From Octopus bimaculoides (Eukaryota), in contig NC_068990.1 of NCBI RefSeq assembly GCF_001194135.2, positions 92,800,262 to 92,864,261 on the forward strand: 64,000 bases of DNA, given 5' to 3'. Shown here in pieces: positions 1 to 13,600 of the stretch; positions within the stretch are counted from its first letter, which is position 1; every line of letters begins with the position of its first letter. The notes beneath the pieces were generated by a model, which searched no databases, was not told the origin of the DNA, and saw nothing but the letters and a program-made list of their open reading frames with translations. The translations under genes were made by a program, and so were the position numbers.

Positions 1-218
1 AGCGTGGCCGTTTTCGTGCGGGTGACACGTAAAAGCACCCACTACACTCTCTGAGTGGTTGGCGTTAGGAAGGGCATCCAGCTGTAGAAACTCTGCCAAA
101 TCAGACTGGAGCCTGGTGTTGCCATCCGGTTTCACCAGTCCTCAGTCAAATCGTCCAACCCATGCTAGCATGGAAAGCGGACGTTAAACGATGATGATGA
201 TGATGATGATGATTATTA
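1..218 (+). mobile_element. RTE-type 3' UTR/tail copy
   Basis: gcacccactacactc..ggaagggcatccagctgtagaaac..ggacgttaaacg(atg)n. Confidence 0.8.
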
Positions 219-1639
219 TTAAACATACTTCACTCTCCCCAAACAGTCTCACGACTTCTATCCACCACGCTATCTGTTCTTCTAACCCCTGACACCCTGT
301 CACTACCATCTTTATCTCTCTTCACAACTCCACCCTAAATATACCCACATATGCTCATATACTGCAGGGTAGCCATGTATCTCCTCTAATCCTCCTCTGA
401 CCTCTTCTTTCATACTTTTAACCTCTCATGCTAACCTTCCTGTGATACCACTACACCTCTTGTGTCCAAAGCTTGCACTGTGTACAACATATGGAGTTTC
501 TACCACACACACACACACACAGGGCTTGAGAGAGGTATTCAGTCTTGCTGATGGCTAGTCAAACTCTGTAGTGGCGCCGTGAAGAAATACATCCAATGTG
601 CTCTGTGAAGTGGTGAGTGCAGTGTCGACCTATTCTGGCATTGGTGTAGCTTTCAATGCCAAAATTTGGCACAATTCCTTCCAGATGTATATTACTGCAT
701 ACCTCTCCCACCTTTGCTCCAGGGAGTAGAGGCTTGAAAGAATCTTTAGCATGTAACCGTTCAGTAATGTGAATTGGCTGTTATAAGACTAAATTTTTAA
801 TACTGTATGAATAACACACACACACACATTGTATATCTATGATGTGGTCTGACCTGGGGCTAAACAACAAAAATAGTTTATTGAGTCCATCATTTTATTG
901 TTTGAGAATGATTACATCCAGGTGAAAAGGCTTCTTCATTCACCTGTATAAATTGATTTTTTTTCTAAACAAAGCACATCATATTTATACAGGAATTTAC
1001 ATGTGTTATTGTGGCCCTCAAAGAGAATTAGTATCAGAAGTGAGCAATGACTTACTATCTTTGAAACAGAAATTAATTCCAAGAATTAAATACCAAATTT
1101 TAAATCAGCACTTTTTACAGCTGATGATTTGATCATAATCATAGCTTGGACACTGATCAAATGGACAGGCATGCCGTAGAAGTAGTCTGTTTGACAAAGC
1201 AGTCATATCTTTTGGTGTAGCTCTGACCACGGCTGCTGCAGGAATAACCTAGGCTCGGTGAACAGTATAAAGTTACTGGATAGTGCAGATATTTGATTTT
1301 TAACTTAGCTCATGGATTCAAAAATATATTTATTCCATTCGCCATAATTTCTCTACAAAATTACCGGTTGGCGTTTGTAGCGAAGAGGAAACTCAAGCGC
1401 AAATGCCAAAGAAAGTGGTAGAATTTGTTTTCAAAGATTATATTAACTTGATGGAGAGGGACGTCTCCCGTTTTATTCAATTGAAGATAAGTTTGTTGGG
1501 AGTTTAAATTTGAAATACATAAGTCTTCGAATTACCAATTTTAGGTAATTTTCATGTGCATTTTAAATAATAATAATAACCACTGAAATAGAATTTACTT
1601 TAAATATTCGAAATTGTTATTGTAAACCAATAAAATAAT

Positions 1640-2005
1640 TGCTAATTGCCGGCTAAATAACGGGGGGGGGGTAGTTCACGATACACAGGAATCGAGATTT
1701 CGATTCCCAGTCGAAACACGTCCCACCGTAACTTTTTCGGAAATGCATAAATGCCGCAATTATTTTCTCATCTTATAAATAAGGTCTTGTAAATATCGAA
1801 TAAAGAATTTTAATAACCATTTAGAATAGCATTTAATATAAAAACTTGTATTTAACACACAGACACACACACACTGAGCTGCGAGTTGGTGTGTGATATG
1901 AAATCGAGACATTCGGATATTTCCGTTAAAAGACGCCACGATTGCCTCGTTCTCGTGCAACGCCGGCTACCACGTGACAGTGAAGAGATTATCTTTACAA
2001 CTATC
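1640..2005 (+). promoter_or_regulatory. CpG-enriched promoter/5' region of eIF4E with E-box CCACGTGAC at 1970-1978
   Basis: CpG visibly denser than in the CpG-poor bulk of the window; lies directly upstream of the ATG exon. Confidence 0.5.
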
Positions 2006-2035
2006 ATGGCTTCCGAGCAAGTTGAAGAGCGAGAG
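2006..2035 (+). CDS. EIF4E: eIF4E coding exon 1 (MASEQVEERE)
   Basis: ctatcATGG start; donor GAG|gtaagt; phase 0 fits exon 2. Confidence 0.85.
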
Positions 2036-5000
2036 GTAAGTGTCTTCTTGTTTCACACACATGCAGCTATCCATCTCTGTATACACACCCTCCATCCTGT
2101 TTTCCTCCTCCATGGATTTGTCTTCTTTTTTCTTTCTTACTTCATCTATAATACACCCGTCATTCGGTCGGTTTTTTAATGCTGTTACTGCCTCTCCACT
2201 GTCTCCCTTTTGTCTCATAACCACACACACAACCTCATACGTGTACATTAAATATTTCTGTGTGTATCTACAATATATACATACACACCACATATACATA
2301 TGCCTGTGTGTATAATACATATATAATACCGAAAACGACAAGGCGTCAGAACGAGCGAAGTGTGAAATATTAAATTAAAAAAACCTGAAACTCTACACGC
2401 ATCGTGTATTGAGTACTTCCATAGGAAAACCATCGAAGTCGGCTTCTATCGAACCACGAAGTAACCGATAGATGTACGTGTGTATATATTATATATATAT
2501 GTGTGTGTGTGTGTGTGTATAGAAAGTGTAATATGTGGTGGGATTGTTCCGTTCACCTTTTCCTGAGTTTCTCGAATATTCTCAAATGCACACACATGTA
2601 TAATATAACCGCTTCAGACAAAATCCATTTGATTTTTAAACCTTATTGAACAATGTAGGCAAGCTTAGCGAAGGCATCCCATCTCTGCTCTAACGCCGTG
2701 TAACATGTGTTCAAACGAAACGCTTTCCGATTTTTCGCCCATCGTTTTATTAAACTTGCAACACTTCCTAACCACCTTTTTAACCCCTTATTTTTAATAT
2801 ATATATATCTGTCTTTCAGAAATCCTTTAACATGTGTCTCTCTCTCTCTCTCCAACCCATCTTTGTCGTCTGTCTATACTGTCACACCTTGCATTATCAT
2901 TACTTTCACACAACAATTCTTTCAGGTGATTTTCTTTCATTAAACACTGTTTTTTCAAATAGAAAAAAAAAAAAAATAACGAAAACTCCTCATTACACTT
3001 TGTTCGGCCCGAATTTGTGCCTGACGTGAGTTTGATTAAAAACGTTACTGATTTACGATGTTATTACACATGCATACACACACACACACACACACACTCT
3101 TACCTATCTATCTCTATATACACACACACACACACACACACAGTTATTCACAGTTTATCAGTAACAGTTTAGGTGTTAAAATGTAACGCTATCGGTCGTA
3201 TCGATCAAGCAATCCTTTAATACACACACACACACTATATATATATATGTATATAGTTTTAGGGAAAAGAACCAAGGTTCATGAAAATCCTGTCACATAT
3301 ATTTATATATATTTTACTGTCAAACTTGATTTAATTTTAATTTTTAATAAATTGATTTTAATTGAGTTTTTACCTGTAATTTTGGATTTTATCCCTGATA
3401 TTATTATTATTATTATTATTATATATACACACACACACAAACATGTATAACATACACCCACCCACAAAATTGTATGACTAGTTTTTCTTTGTTAATATAC
3501 ATATTAGGTTAGCGGGTTTTTTTTAAAGAAGTAGCCTGTTTAATATTAACATTTGTAGAGAATCTTTTTGTTAGACTTCTTCACATAGTACGTGTGTGTG
3601 TGCGTGCATATAATACATATATGTGTTTGCAGTATTCTGTAAGTGCTGTTAAGTCGGTTAAAATAATTTTGTGGGAGAGATATCCAAGAATGCTGTGTAT
3701 GAAAAGTGAAAAACTGTGGCGGTTTTGACAGTGCACCACAGCTAGGTTTTGCTACCACCTCACTCGCTGCTCCTCTCACTTTCCCTCTCTTTCCCACCAA
3801 ACCTTATTTTTCATTTACCATCTCCAACTCTACAAAAGACTTGCCATTTCGTCATTGGCAACTTTACTGCTCTGACTTCCTTTTTTTCATAGTTGCATTC
3901 AGTTTAGCCACACTCATCCATCGGGATTTTTTTGATAAATATAATTTTCGAGTTTTGATCGCTGCATTGTTTCTTCCCACCATATTTTAAATAGTCATAC
4001 CTCACACACACACGCTCGTATAATATTACATCAGTTTTTACTTATTTTCTTTGCCGACAGTTTCTCTTCTCACTTGTCTACAACACTACCTTTCATTTTC
4101 CCTTAATAAGAATTTAAAATATCTTTATATTTCTTTGCCTGTTTTGTCTTTATTCCAACAACTTTAATGTTCGTATCTTGAGACGAATAGATTTTCCCCT
4201 ATTTTTATCGAACCGCATTTGCGGCCGAAGTGGGTGGTATTGTTAGCCTAACAACTTAGCTTAGGGAGTTATTGCTGCTTAATGAGACTGATGTTGGAGA
4301 AATGTTTCATTTGAAACCCTTCAAATAACTGTCATCCCATCACCCCATTGTTATAAGGACCCTTTAGGTAATGTAATTCTAAATTTCGCCTAAAAAGACA
4401 GTATGGTCACGTTTGGAATGTCTTTGATTAGGACCGACCTGGTTGATCAATCAGGAATAGAAACCGGCTCGTATTGTTTACCACTATTTGAATTACCTGG
4501 TCCTACATGATGCTGTGAACGTTTAACTAACATATAAAACGCACACGTGGATTAGAATTAAAAAGTATTTAAAAAAAATTACTTGACTCGTCGCAGAAAA
4601 ATTCTTTTACATAAATGTATAATTTAGCTTAATGAAATAAAAATACTCTATCTGCTGACTGTTGTGGTATTCATTAACTTCAAAACAATGTAGTTTTGTA
4701 ATTAACAAAATTAATTAGTATTATTCTTCCACCGTATGTTTGAACTAGTGTATATATATAGTAGTGTGTTTAGGAGGTAAAACCCACTTGTATTGCTAAC
4801 CAGCTGTTTACAAACAGGTTATTTAGCAGAGAAGCTGAGAACGGTTAATTCAGTGTATAAATAGCAGATAATACTTATATTTATAGCCACGACCTTCATG
4901 TCTTCATTTCCAAAACAATTTCTAATTACTATCACTAATTGATTAATATTTTAAATACTTCTTTTCCTCCCTTCCTCTAACAGCGAAGTGTAAAACTTAT

Positions 5001-8000
5001 CTTTGGCAGACATACATTTTGCTGCCAAAAATATTTTCCAGACCATTTTCTGATACTTTTCCAGAAAATTCTTTGTCATATTAGACGGAATACAATTTGA
5101 TGTGTATAAATCCTTTGGCCCATTAAAATTAAATATCAGTTAAAAATATGCGTTTACTTAAACTGTGTACTAAAACTAAAGCCCGTTTTAAATGTTAAGT
5201 TTTGAGCTACTACTACTTGGACGTTTGTTGTTTATACGGTAACTTCTTACCTTGATACAACTTGCAGCGGAGTTATAAGTTGGTTGGAATTGATCCTGTT
5301 ACATACAACAGTCCCTGAAGGATTGAAACTGTCAGTTCTGGCAGGATTGAGAATATACCCCCAAAGCTCTTCACTGTCTTTAAAAAGTAACTCGAGAACT
5401 AGGTTTTAAGTGACCGATTTAATCCTTTATCATGTCATCATCATCATTTAACGTCCTTTTTACACGCTGGCGCGGGTTTGTTGGTATCACTATTTTCTTT
5501 TATGCACTAAACATCGATGTAACTTTATTCATTTGATAACTGCAACCACTTTTGCAAAATATATTAATCTTAAATATTTTGTTTTTAATACATTTTCCAT
5601 ACCTATTTGGATAGGATAGTTTGTGTGGGAGCAAGTCCCCCCCCCCCCCAGTCAAACTGCAGCAGACAGTTTAGGCATCCCCTGAGACTGCCTCTTGTTC
5701 CATGATACAAATTCCAGTTTTAAAGTGATTGTTAATTTAGGTTCCAAACACCTGTTTAATGAGTTATTTTTGCTAAATAATTTTAAACATTAATTGAAAC
5801 TAGTATATTTCAACTGAAATATGGTGGTAACTAAAGGGTTAAAATATTCAATATCAGCTCACAACCTCCTTGAAGCTAAGATTGCATGGATGTTTTCAGT
5901 TTCATTTCACAATTGTTGAACTCAACCCCTTCTCTCATCTGCAATGTCTTTAAATCACAACTCCACTGTTTAACTCTTGTTTTTCATTATCATGACACCA
6001 TTGTTCTGAACTTGGTTACCTTATCCTTAACCACTGCTGTTCTTTCTTCTTCTACCTTCTTGATCATAACCTATGATTTAAAACTATTTTAATGACCATG
6101 TCATCTCCCCACCTCATTGCCATTCTGGGACTTTAACTTCTGCCTCTCTTTTAAAACCTAACAAATATTTTGTATAAAAAAAAGTGTGTAAAAAAAAAAA
6201 AAAAATGAAGATAATGACAGGTCACAAGCAAACTTTGAATTGTTTTATAAACTCCTTCTCCTGTTCACTTCTAGAGTTGTCACCTCCATTACAAAAATAA
6301 CCTTGTCTGTTACTTTGTCTCCGTATTCTTTTACTGAAGTTCTTAGCAGTGTCAACTGTCACTGAGTCTTAAAGCATGTTCTTTGTCGAAAAGACTGTGT
6401 TGTATATTGAGGAATTGATCTCCAGGAAGCTTCCTCTGTAGATAACAGCCAGTCAACTAAGGCATAAAGCTGACTTTTTTTCTTTTAAACACCAATGATT
6501 ATTTCCATTTGTTTTAATTCCACAGTCACCAGTCTTTGTTGGCTCTCCTCATTGTCTTGCTTTGGTGGTCAAAGTCTGAAACTTGACTTGTATTCAGTAG
6601 TGTTTAAAAATTTTTTATCTACTAACATTAATGAACTACAATTTCACTTGTAGTCATGACTTTTTTCTTTTTTTTACTGTTATGAATTTTTACCAAATAG
6701 AGTTTATATATATTTTAGAATAATCTAGCTGTGTATTTTTCTTACAATAGGAAAACCGGCAGAGTCCAGACCCTGAGTCAGGTGAAGAGAATTCTGAATC
6801 GTGTGACACTGTTTCTCCTGATGCCCTTATCAAGCACCCATTGCAATTCAAATGGGCTTTATGGTTTTACAAAAATGATAAAACTAAAAATTGGGTTTCC
6901 AACTTGAAATTAGTGACAACATTTGATACTGTTGAAGACTTCTGGTCGTAAGTAAAATGTTATTCAATATTTGAAAATTTCTATTTAATCTATGGTTAAA
7001 TTTGGTTGTTAATTTTTTTTCTTTCTGTTTTTCAGGTTATATAACCATGTTCAGAGAGCTAGCAAGATCCCATATGGCTGTGATTATTCTATGTTCAAGG
7101 TAAGCTTTGGCTATTCTGTGTTGAAATACCTGATAATAGTACTGTCTTGCTAATGCTTAAAGATAATGGATAGTTGAAGAGAGTTTAGAATGGCTTATCT
7201 CTTTAAAAAGTTTGACCAATGAAAACAACTGTGGTAAAACCTACAGTGTACTGATTTAAAGATCATTTACATTACTTACATTGACATATTTGTCCTCATC
7301 TTCTTTAACACGTTTTGGCTGATATACTCTCCAGCCTCCATCAGGTGTCTTGGGGAAATTTCGAACCTGAGTTCTCATTCCTAAGGTATTCCGTCAAATG
7401 TTAATAATGTACATAATTCCTCATCTCGTGTAGAACTGTTAGCAACATATAATAATCATCTCAAAGCAGAAACAGTATAATTTGAAATGGTTGATAATCA
7501 CTGAATCTGCACCTTACAGCACATATATGAAAATGTAGACTTTGCATAAAAGAATCAATTAGTATCCTTTATGCCAGCAACAAAAATAAAAATGTACTAT
7601 TAAATAAGATTACGGATGTTTTAGTCTGCTGTAAGCATAAATATTTATCGACTTTTAAATTTTTTGCTGTATAAAAATACGGCTTAGATTAGAACGCATA
7701 AATATATGGATTTAAAATCATTTAATGTCCGCTTTCCATGCTGGCATAGGTTGGACAGTTTGACTGAGGACTGGCAAGCTAGAAGGCTGTACCAGGCTCC
7801 AATCTGATCTGGCAAGATGTCTACAGTTGGATGCCCTTCCTAACCACTTCGAGAGTGTAGTGGGTGCTTTTCACATACCACCGGCACAGGAGCCACTGGC
7901 ATCGGCATCAGCAATGACTTCACTTGACTCAACAGGTCTTCGTAAGCATAGTTTATTGGCCAATGATGGAAGGGTACTCTTAAATGGGCTGGTTATGCTG

Positions 8001-9075
8001 CACTGGTCTCACTTGGATTGCCAGGTCTTCTCAAGCACAACATATCTCCAAAGGTCTTGGTTACTTGTCATTGTCTTGGTGAGGCTCAACGTTCAAAGGT
8101 CGTGCTTCACCACCTCATCCCATGTCTTCCTGGGTCTACCTCTTCCACAGGTTCCCTCTACTGTTAGGGTGTGACACTTTTTCACACAGCTGTCCTCACC
8201 CATACACAACACGACCATACCAGCGCAGTTGTCTCTCTTGCACATCATATCTGATGCTTCTTATGTCCAACTTTTCTCTCAGGGCGCTTACATTCTGTCA
8301 TGTATGCACACTGACATTACACATCCAGCAGAACATACTAGCTTCATTTTTTTTGCAAGCTTACGCATGTCCTTAGCAGTCATGGCCCATGTTTTACTGC
8401 CGTATAGCATAACTGTTTGCACACGAGTCATACAGTCTACCTTTTTCTCTGAGCGAGAGGCCCTTTGTCACCGGCAGAGAATATTCCAATAGGCCACAAG
8501 TTAAATGATTAGTCACACGCTCATCTGTCTACCTATTCAACTATTTTTCTTTATAAACGATTCTATCTCAGCATCTATTTTGTCAATTATATTTTTAATT
8601 ATTTAATTATTTGACGTCTACCCACCAATACAAATTCATCATGTAGAACTTGACTTTACCATGAATAGTGAACCCTGAAGAAGAAAATATTATTTCGATG
8701 GAGCTGAATATGGATTGTTCCTACAGCCCTTTAATATTTTCTGAAACGGCTGTAGGCTTTTAACTGACTTTTACTTTTCGTGATATTTCGTATTGCTGAA
8801 CTTTATTCATAATTTTTAATCTCCCTCAATTACATGTATCTACACACACGTTTCTTATGTTTTTATGTTATCATTATATACTCGAATAGAATGTCTTCAT
8901 TTAAATTTTTATTTGAATTATTTTAATATATACATGTGTTTATTGATCCTGAAGTACATGAATGGAACAATGTATCCCGTCCAATCGCGTCTTATAAATC
9001 ACTGGAAACATTTTGTTTATTTGGATGTAAATTATGGATAACCAAAGTTTATCTACAAAATTTTATTGTATGTGT

Positions 9076-9151
<76 letters not shown>

Positions 9152-10613
9152 TAAGATTACCACTGCTCTTTACCCTTGTAATTGAACATTTCAGCAATTT
9201 TGTGTGTGAATATATTTTATTAGTGCACATATAACCATCTCAAAGATAGTCGCTCTGAGATTGGGATTAGTTTTTCTGGTGATCATCTTAAAGGCAGTAG
9301 TATGTATGGTTTGAAAGGAATCGAGCTGATTATTTCTAACTTTCAATGAAAGCTTTTCAGCTGCTTTTTTGCATATCAGGAGACAATGATTTATGTGAGC
9401 TTAGAATGCTGCTATTTTTAGCTGGCCAATATCCATAGCAGTCCTTGTTTTTTAGTCCCATGATAACTCTAATCTACCCTATGAAGCCATGATCTCCCTA
9501 CTTGTCTATTTGAGGGAGATTTATTTCTGACATTTCAAGTAACTGTTTAAAGACCGTGTCAATAGTTGTTGTTTAACCCCAGGTCAAGTCTGATCAGGCA
9601 AACCTGTAAAAATGCTCATCATAACTATCACATCTTCCTTATAAAAAATGGTTTGAGTGTCTTTTTGTATATTAGGAAGTATGTTGTTCTCCATATCCTT
9701 TAAGACTGTAGGTTTGTGAGTTGAGGGAAATTTGGTTACTATTTCTAGCATTTCAAACAATTACTCCAAGGCTCTGCTTATTTCATAGAATGTTAAGTTG
9801 TTACTGTTTAGTTCTGAGTTTCCAAAAAGCATTCAAGTTGTGTCTGTTTAGCCGTTTTGGATATTCATTGTCTGATGGTATATTTCATTTGCTAGTTTTC
9901 TTCAGAGACAAATTCTGGTATTTTGTTCTGTTTTGCCTTTCTGGTACACTTATGTGCATTATATTCAACTGATAGATAATCCAATAATTTGCACAATTCA
10001 TATTAAAGTTTGCATGTTCATTGAATATTAAGCTCATGACTCATTATCTATGCTGATGTTCAAATGAAATTTAAGTAATTTTTATTTTGTTGAATTTACC
10101 TAGAATTAGATTCACTTTGAGACAAAAATTACGAAACAGATTTGGTTAAGAACCTTTCATTAAATTGTGTTCCAAAAATCTCATATGTTGATAAATATAA
10201 AATTAGCTGTTTTATTAAACCAGTGCAAATTCAAGATTATTTTAGAAATATAGTTAAGGGTCTGTAAAGTGTTTGGCAATCCAGCCTTAGAAACCATTCT
10301 AGAGTAGACATTGTGGCAGAACGTAGACCTTTGTTTTGTCAGATCCTGTCAAACTGTCCAACCCATGCTACCCTGGAAGCTGAGCATTTTATACCTCATC
10401 ATCATTTAACGTCCGTTGTCCATGCTGGTATGGGTTGGACAATTCGACTGGGCTGGCAGGCTGGAAGGCTGCACCAGGATCCAATCTGATTTGGCTGGAT
10501 GCCCTTCCTAATGCCAACCACTCCGAGAGTGTAATGGGTGCTTTTATGTGCCGCTGGCACGGGTGCCATTTGTGACACACCGGTATCTGCCACGACTGCG
10601 ATTTTGCTCGGCG

Positions 10614-10646
<33 letters not shown>

Positions 10647-13600
10647 GGGCATGTGTATATTTGTAGGGGTACTGCTCTGCTGATCATCCTTCTTATCTAC
10701 CTGTTGATTAGCTTCCCTCTTTCACTCCTCTGAATCACTTAAATAACTCTTCTCTCTCTTATCTCTCCATCACCTATGAACTACCCCCTTCATTGTACCT
10801 CCCCCCATCCTTCACTAGGCCTATGTATATGAGACTATTGGTTTATCCTCATCACTGTACCTGTACCCACCTCTACTAATGTCCATCTCCCTCCTCACCT
10901 TGGTCATTACTTTATCAGTCATGCCTTGTATTATTATTCTTTGCCCAACTATTGCCATCCCCCTCTCCCTGCCCTGTCCTTCACAACTCAGCTCCAGCCA
11001 TTTTCTCTGGAACCTGTTCATCCCCATCCATTCTCTCTTTCTTGTTCTCTTCTGTTGTACTTTCCATCCATTACTACTCCATATGAAGTAGCCCTGGACC
11101 CTCTCCACACAACTTCTTCGTCCTAACTAACCAGGTTTCCTTTTACCCTCCTTTTCACAACTATAAATCTCTCATACCTCACCCTCGTCACCTTGTCTAA
11201 AATCATCATACACACTCCACTTCTCCTGTTATAGGGCTTACTTTAAGCCCTTCAGTCTTGCAAGTTGCAAAGTGATGCCCCTGGTTGCTGGTACCCACAA
11301 AGAAGCAATCTGTAAAGTGGTTAGGGATAGTAATGGAGCATGACTCAACGCCCAACTCCTCAGATCCTGTCCAGCTTATGCCATCATGGAGAGTGAATAT
11401 TAAATGATGGGGACATCAGTGTGATTAAGAAGTCCCTCATTTTCTGGATTTAATTCCACTGTACAGCATCTTGAACAAATGCCTTCTCATGGCCTTGACC
11501 CAATCTAAGTGTTATTAGTCTAATTTGGTAGACTCTGTGGAAACCTGCTGTGTGTGTTTCCCTTGAGTCCCAGTGTAGGACGTTAGAAATAAGACCAGTT
11601 TCTCCTTTTGGAGCTCAAACCATGTCTCTATTTCATTCTGGGTGATTGCAATTCTAACAACACTAGAAAGATCTTGCCATCTACTTCTGTATAAATGTTG
11701 AAGCTTAAACTCTCAGTAGTACCTCATACCCTATGTGGATCACTTGAGTTGTTCATTGCATCATATTCCCAGTGCCATGCATCTGCACTCAGTGCCTAGA
11801 CCTCACTCTGACGAAGTACTGTACTCATTGGACAAACTTCGCATAGCTTGCTCTGAACTTTTAAACTGTCTTTTCTTTGGTTGTTATTTTTCCTACAATC
11901 ACCTGCAGTACTAAATACTTTGAGGTAACCAAAAAAAATGACTATTTCTGACAAGCCACCTGAGCAGGTCATGAGCTTCATATGTGCTCCTATTGCTAAC
12001 TACTCCTCTGTATCTTTCACACCTTACATCCTGGTTCTCTGTCAACCTGCCAGAAATTTCATTCCACATTTTTATGCACTTGTTTCTTTCGCTGAATACA
12101 CAATATTGAGTTCCTGCCTACTCCTTTTCATAAACAGATCTACTCACGCCCACAACATTCTCCCATCACACACTGGCTTGGTGCAACAGTAATAAGTATT
12201 TTAATATACCTCAACTAAAATTTTATTTATTAAAATCTGCATATTTTTGCCAACAAAAAAATCCATCTATTCCAAGTAGCATGAAATTCTGAAGTCTTGG
12301 ATCTGATCATTTTTCTCAAGCATTTTGGGAAGTTAAGACCTTTAGGAAATGGTGGTAGTTGGTCTAAGTAAAATTTATGGAATAAACTGGATGGAGTAAT
12401 TTCATAGCCCAGCTCAGTCTACAGTTCTTCCAGATATGTGGTTGGGAATTATTATAAGGAATTGGTCCTTTTTTGATTGACCACCTGGCGAGATTTAAAC
12501 ATGGTAGTTTTTGGTGCATTTTGTTAATTTCCTGGCAATACTTATCTGCGTTGGTGTTTTCACTAAGTTTCATGAAATAGTAGATGGTTCCATTTAACTA
12601 CCAAACAATGGCCATAACCTTCTTTTAATCTAATTGTCGTTTGATAAAGTGTTTTGGTGCTTCACTTATTGCCAGCTGTAGTATAGAATCTGTTTTTAGT
12701 CACAATGTGCAAAACGAGCATCGGGAAGCTTTGTATCTTGTGCAGCGATCATTTTTCTAATATCTGCTTGGTTAATGTATCAAATTGATGGTCCATTTAG
12801 TATTTTGTTTTTACACAATACATCGTCAGTCTGCTTTCCATGCTGGCATGGGTTGGACAGCTTGACTGAGAACTGGCAAACCAGCAAGCTGCACCAGGCT
12901 CCAATCTGATCTGGCAATGTTTCTACAGCTGGATGCCCTTCCTAATGCCAACCACTCCAAGAGTGTAGTGGATGCTTTTCATGTGGCACTGACATTGACC
13001 ACACTTGAATGGTGCTTTTTACGTGCCAGTCAAGCAGCACTGGGATTGGCTGGGAGTTCTAACCAGCTGGTGGGGGTCACTATCATTGTTTCCCACAGAC
13101 CAGTAAGCAGTTGTATTGCTTACATTATTGATGGGATTTATTAACTTACAACAATCTGATACCGAGTCCTTCATATGATCTTGAACAATGGTAGAAGTAC
13201 TAAAGATGTGACCATTAGAAGCACCACAAGATATTGAGAAATGCTCATTGACAAGCTGATTCTGTTGCAATTATTTTGGTAAAGGGTCATTCGAATCTAA
13301 AAAAGATAAGGGTTTAAGTTGTAGCTACAGCATGCCCTAGAGAATAATCTACATTAAAACAACTAGTATTATTTTGCTGCAGGTTTAATAAAGTTTATCT
13401 TGGTGTAATCACAAATGTTTCAGGTTAATTTTAAAAAGTCCTCTGCTACTTTTTCTATGTCAATTTTCGAATCCTGTTAGAAACTGGAGTTAGTCCTGTT
13501 TAAAAGTTATAAAAATATAAATTGTATGAATGGGACGACACTAGGTACTTGGATGTAATGATTACTGTACATGGTGAATGAGGTTTGGGCCTGTTATGTC

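Noticed and set aside
1121-1225. C/D box snoRNA (CTGATGA..CTGA)
   Set aside because: Non-consensus C box context, offset terminal stem, no recognised rRNA guide and no evident host intron.
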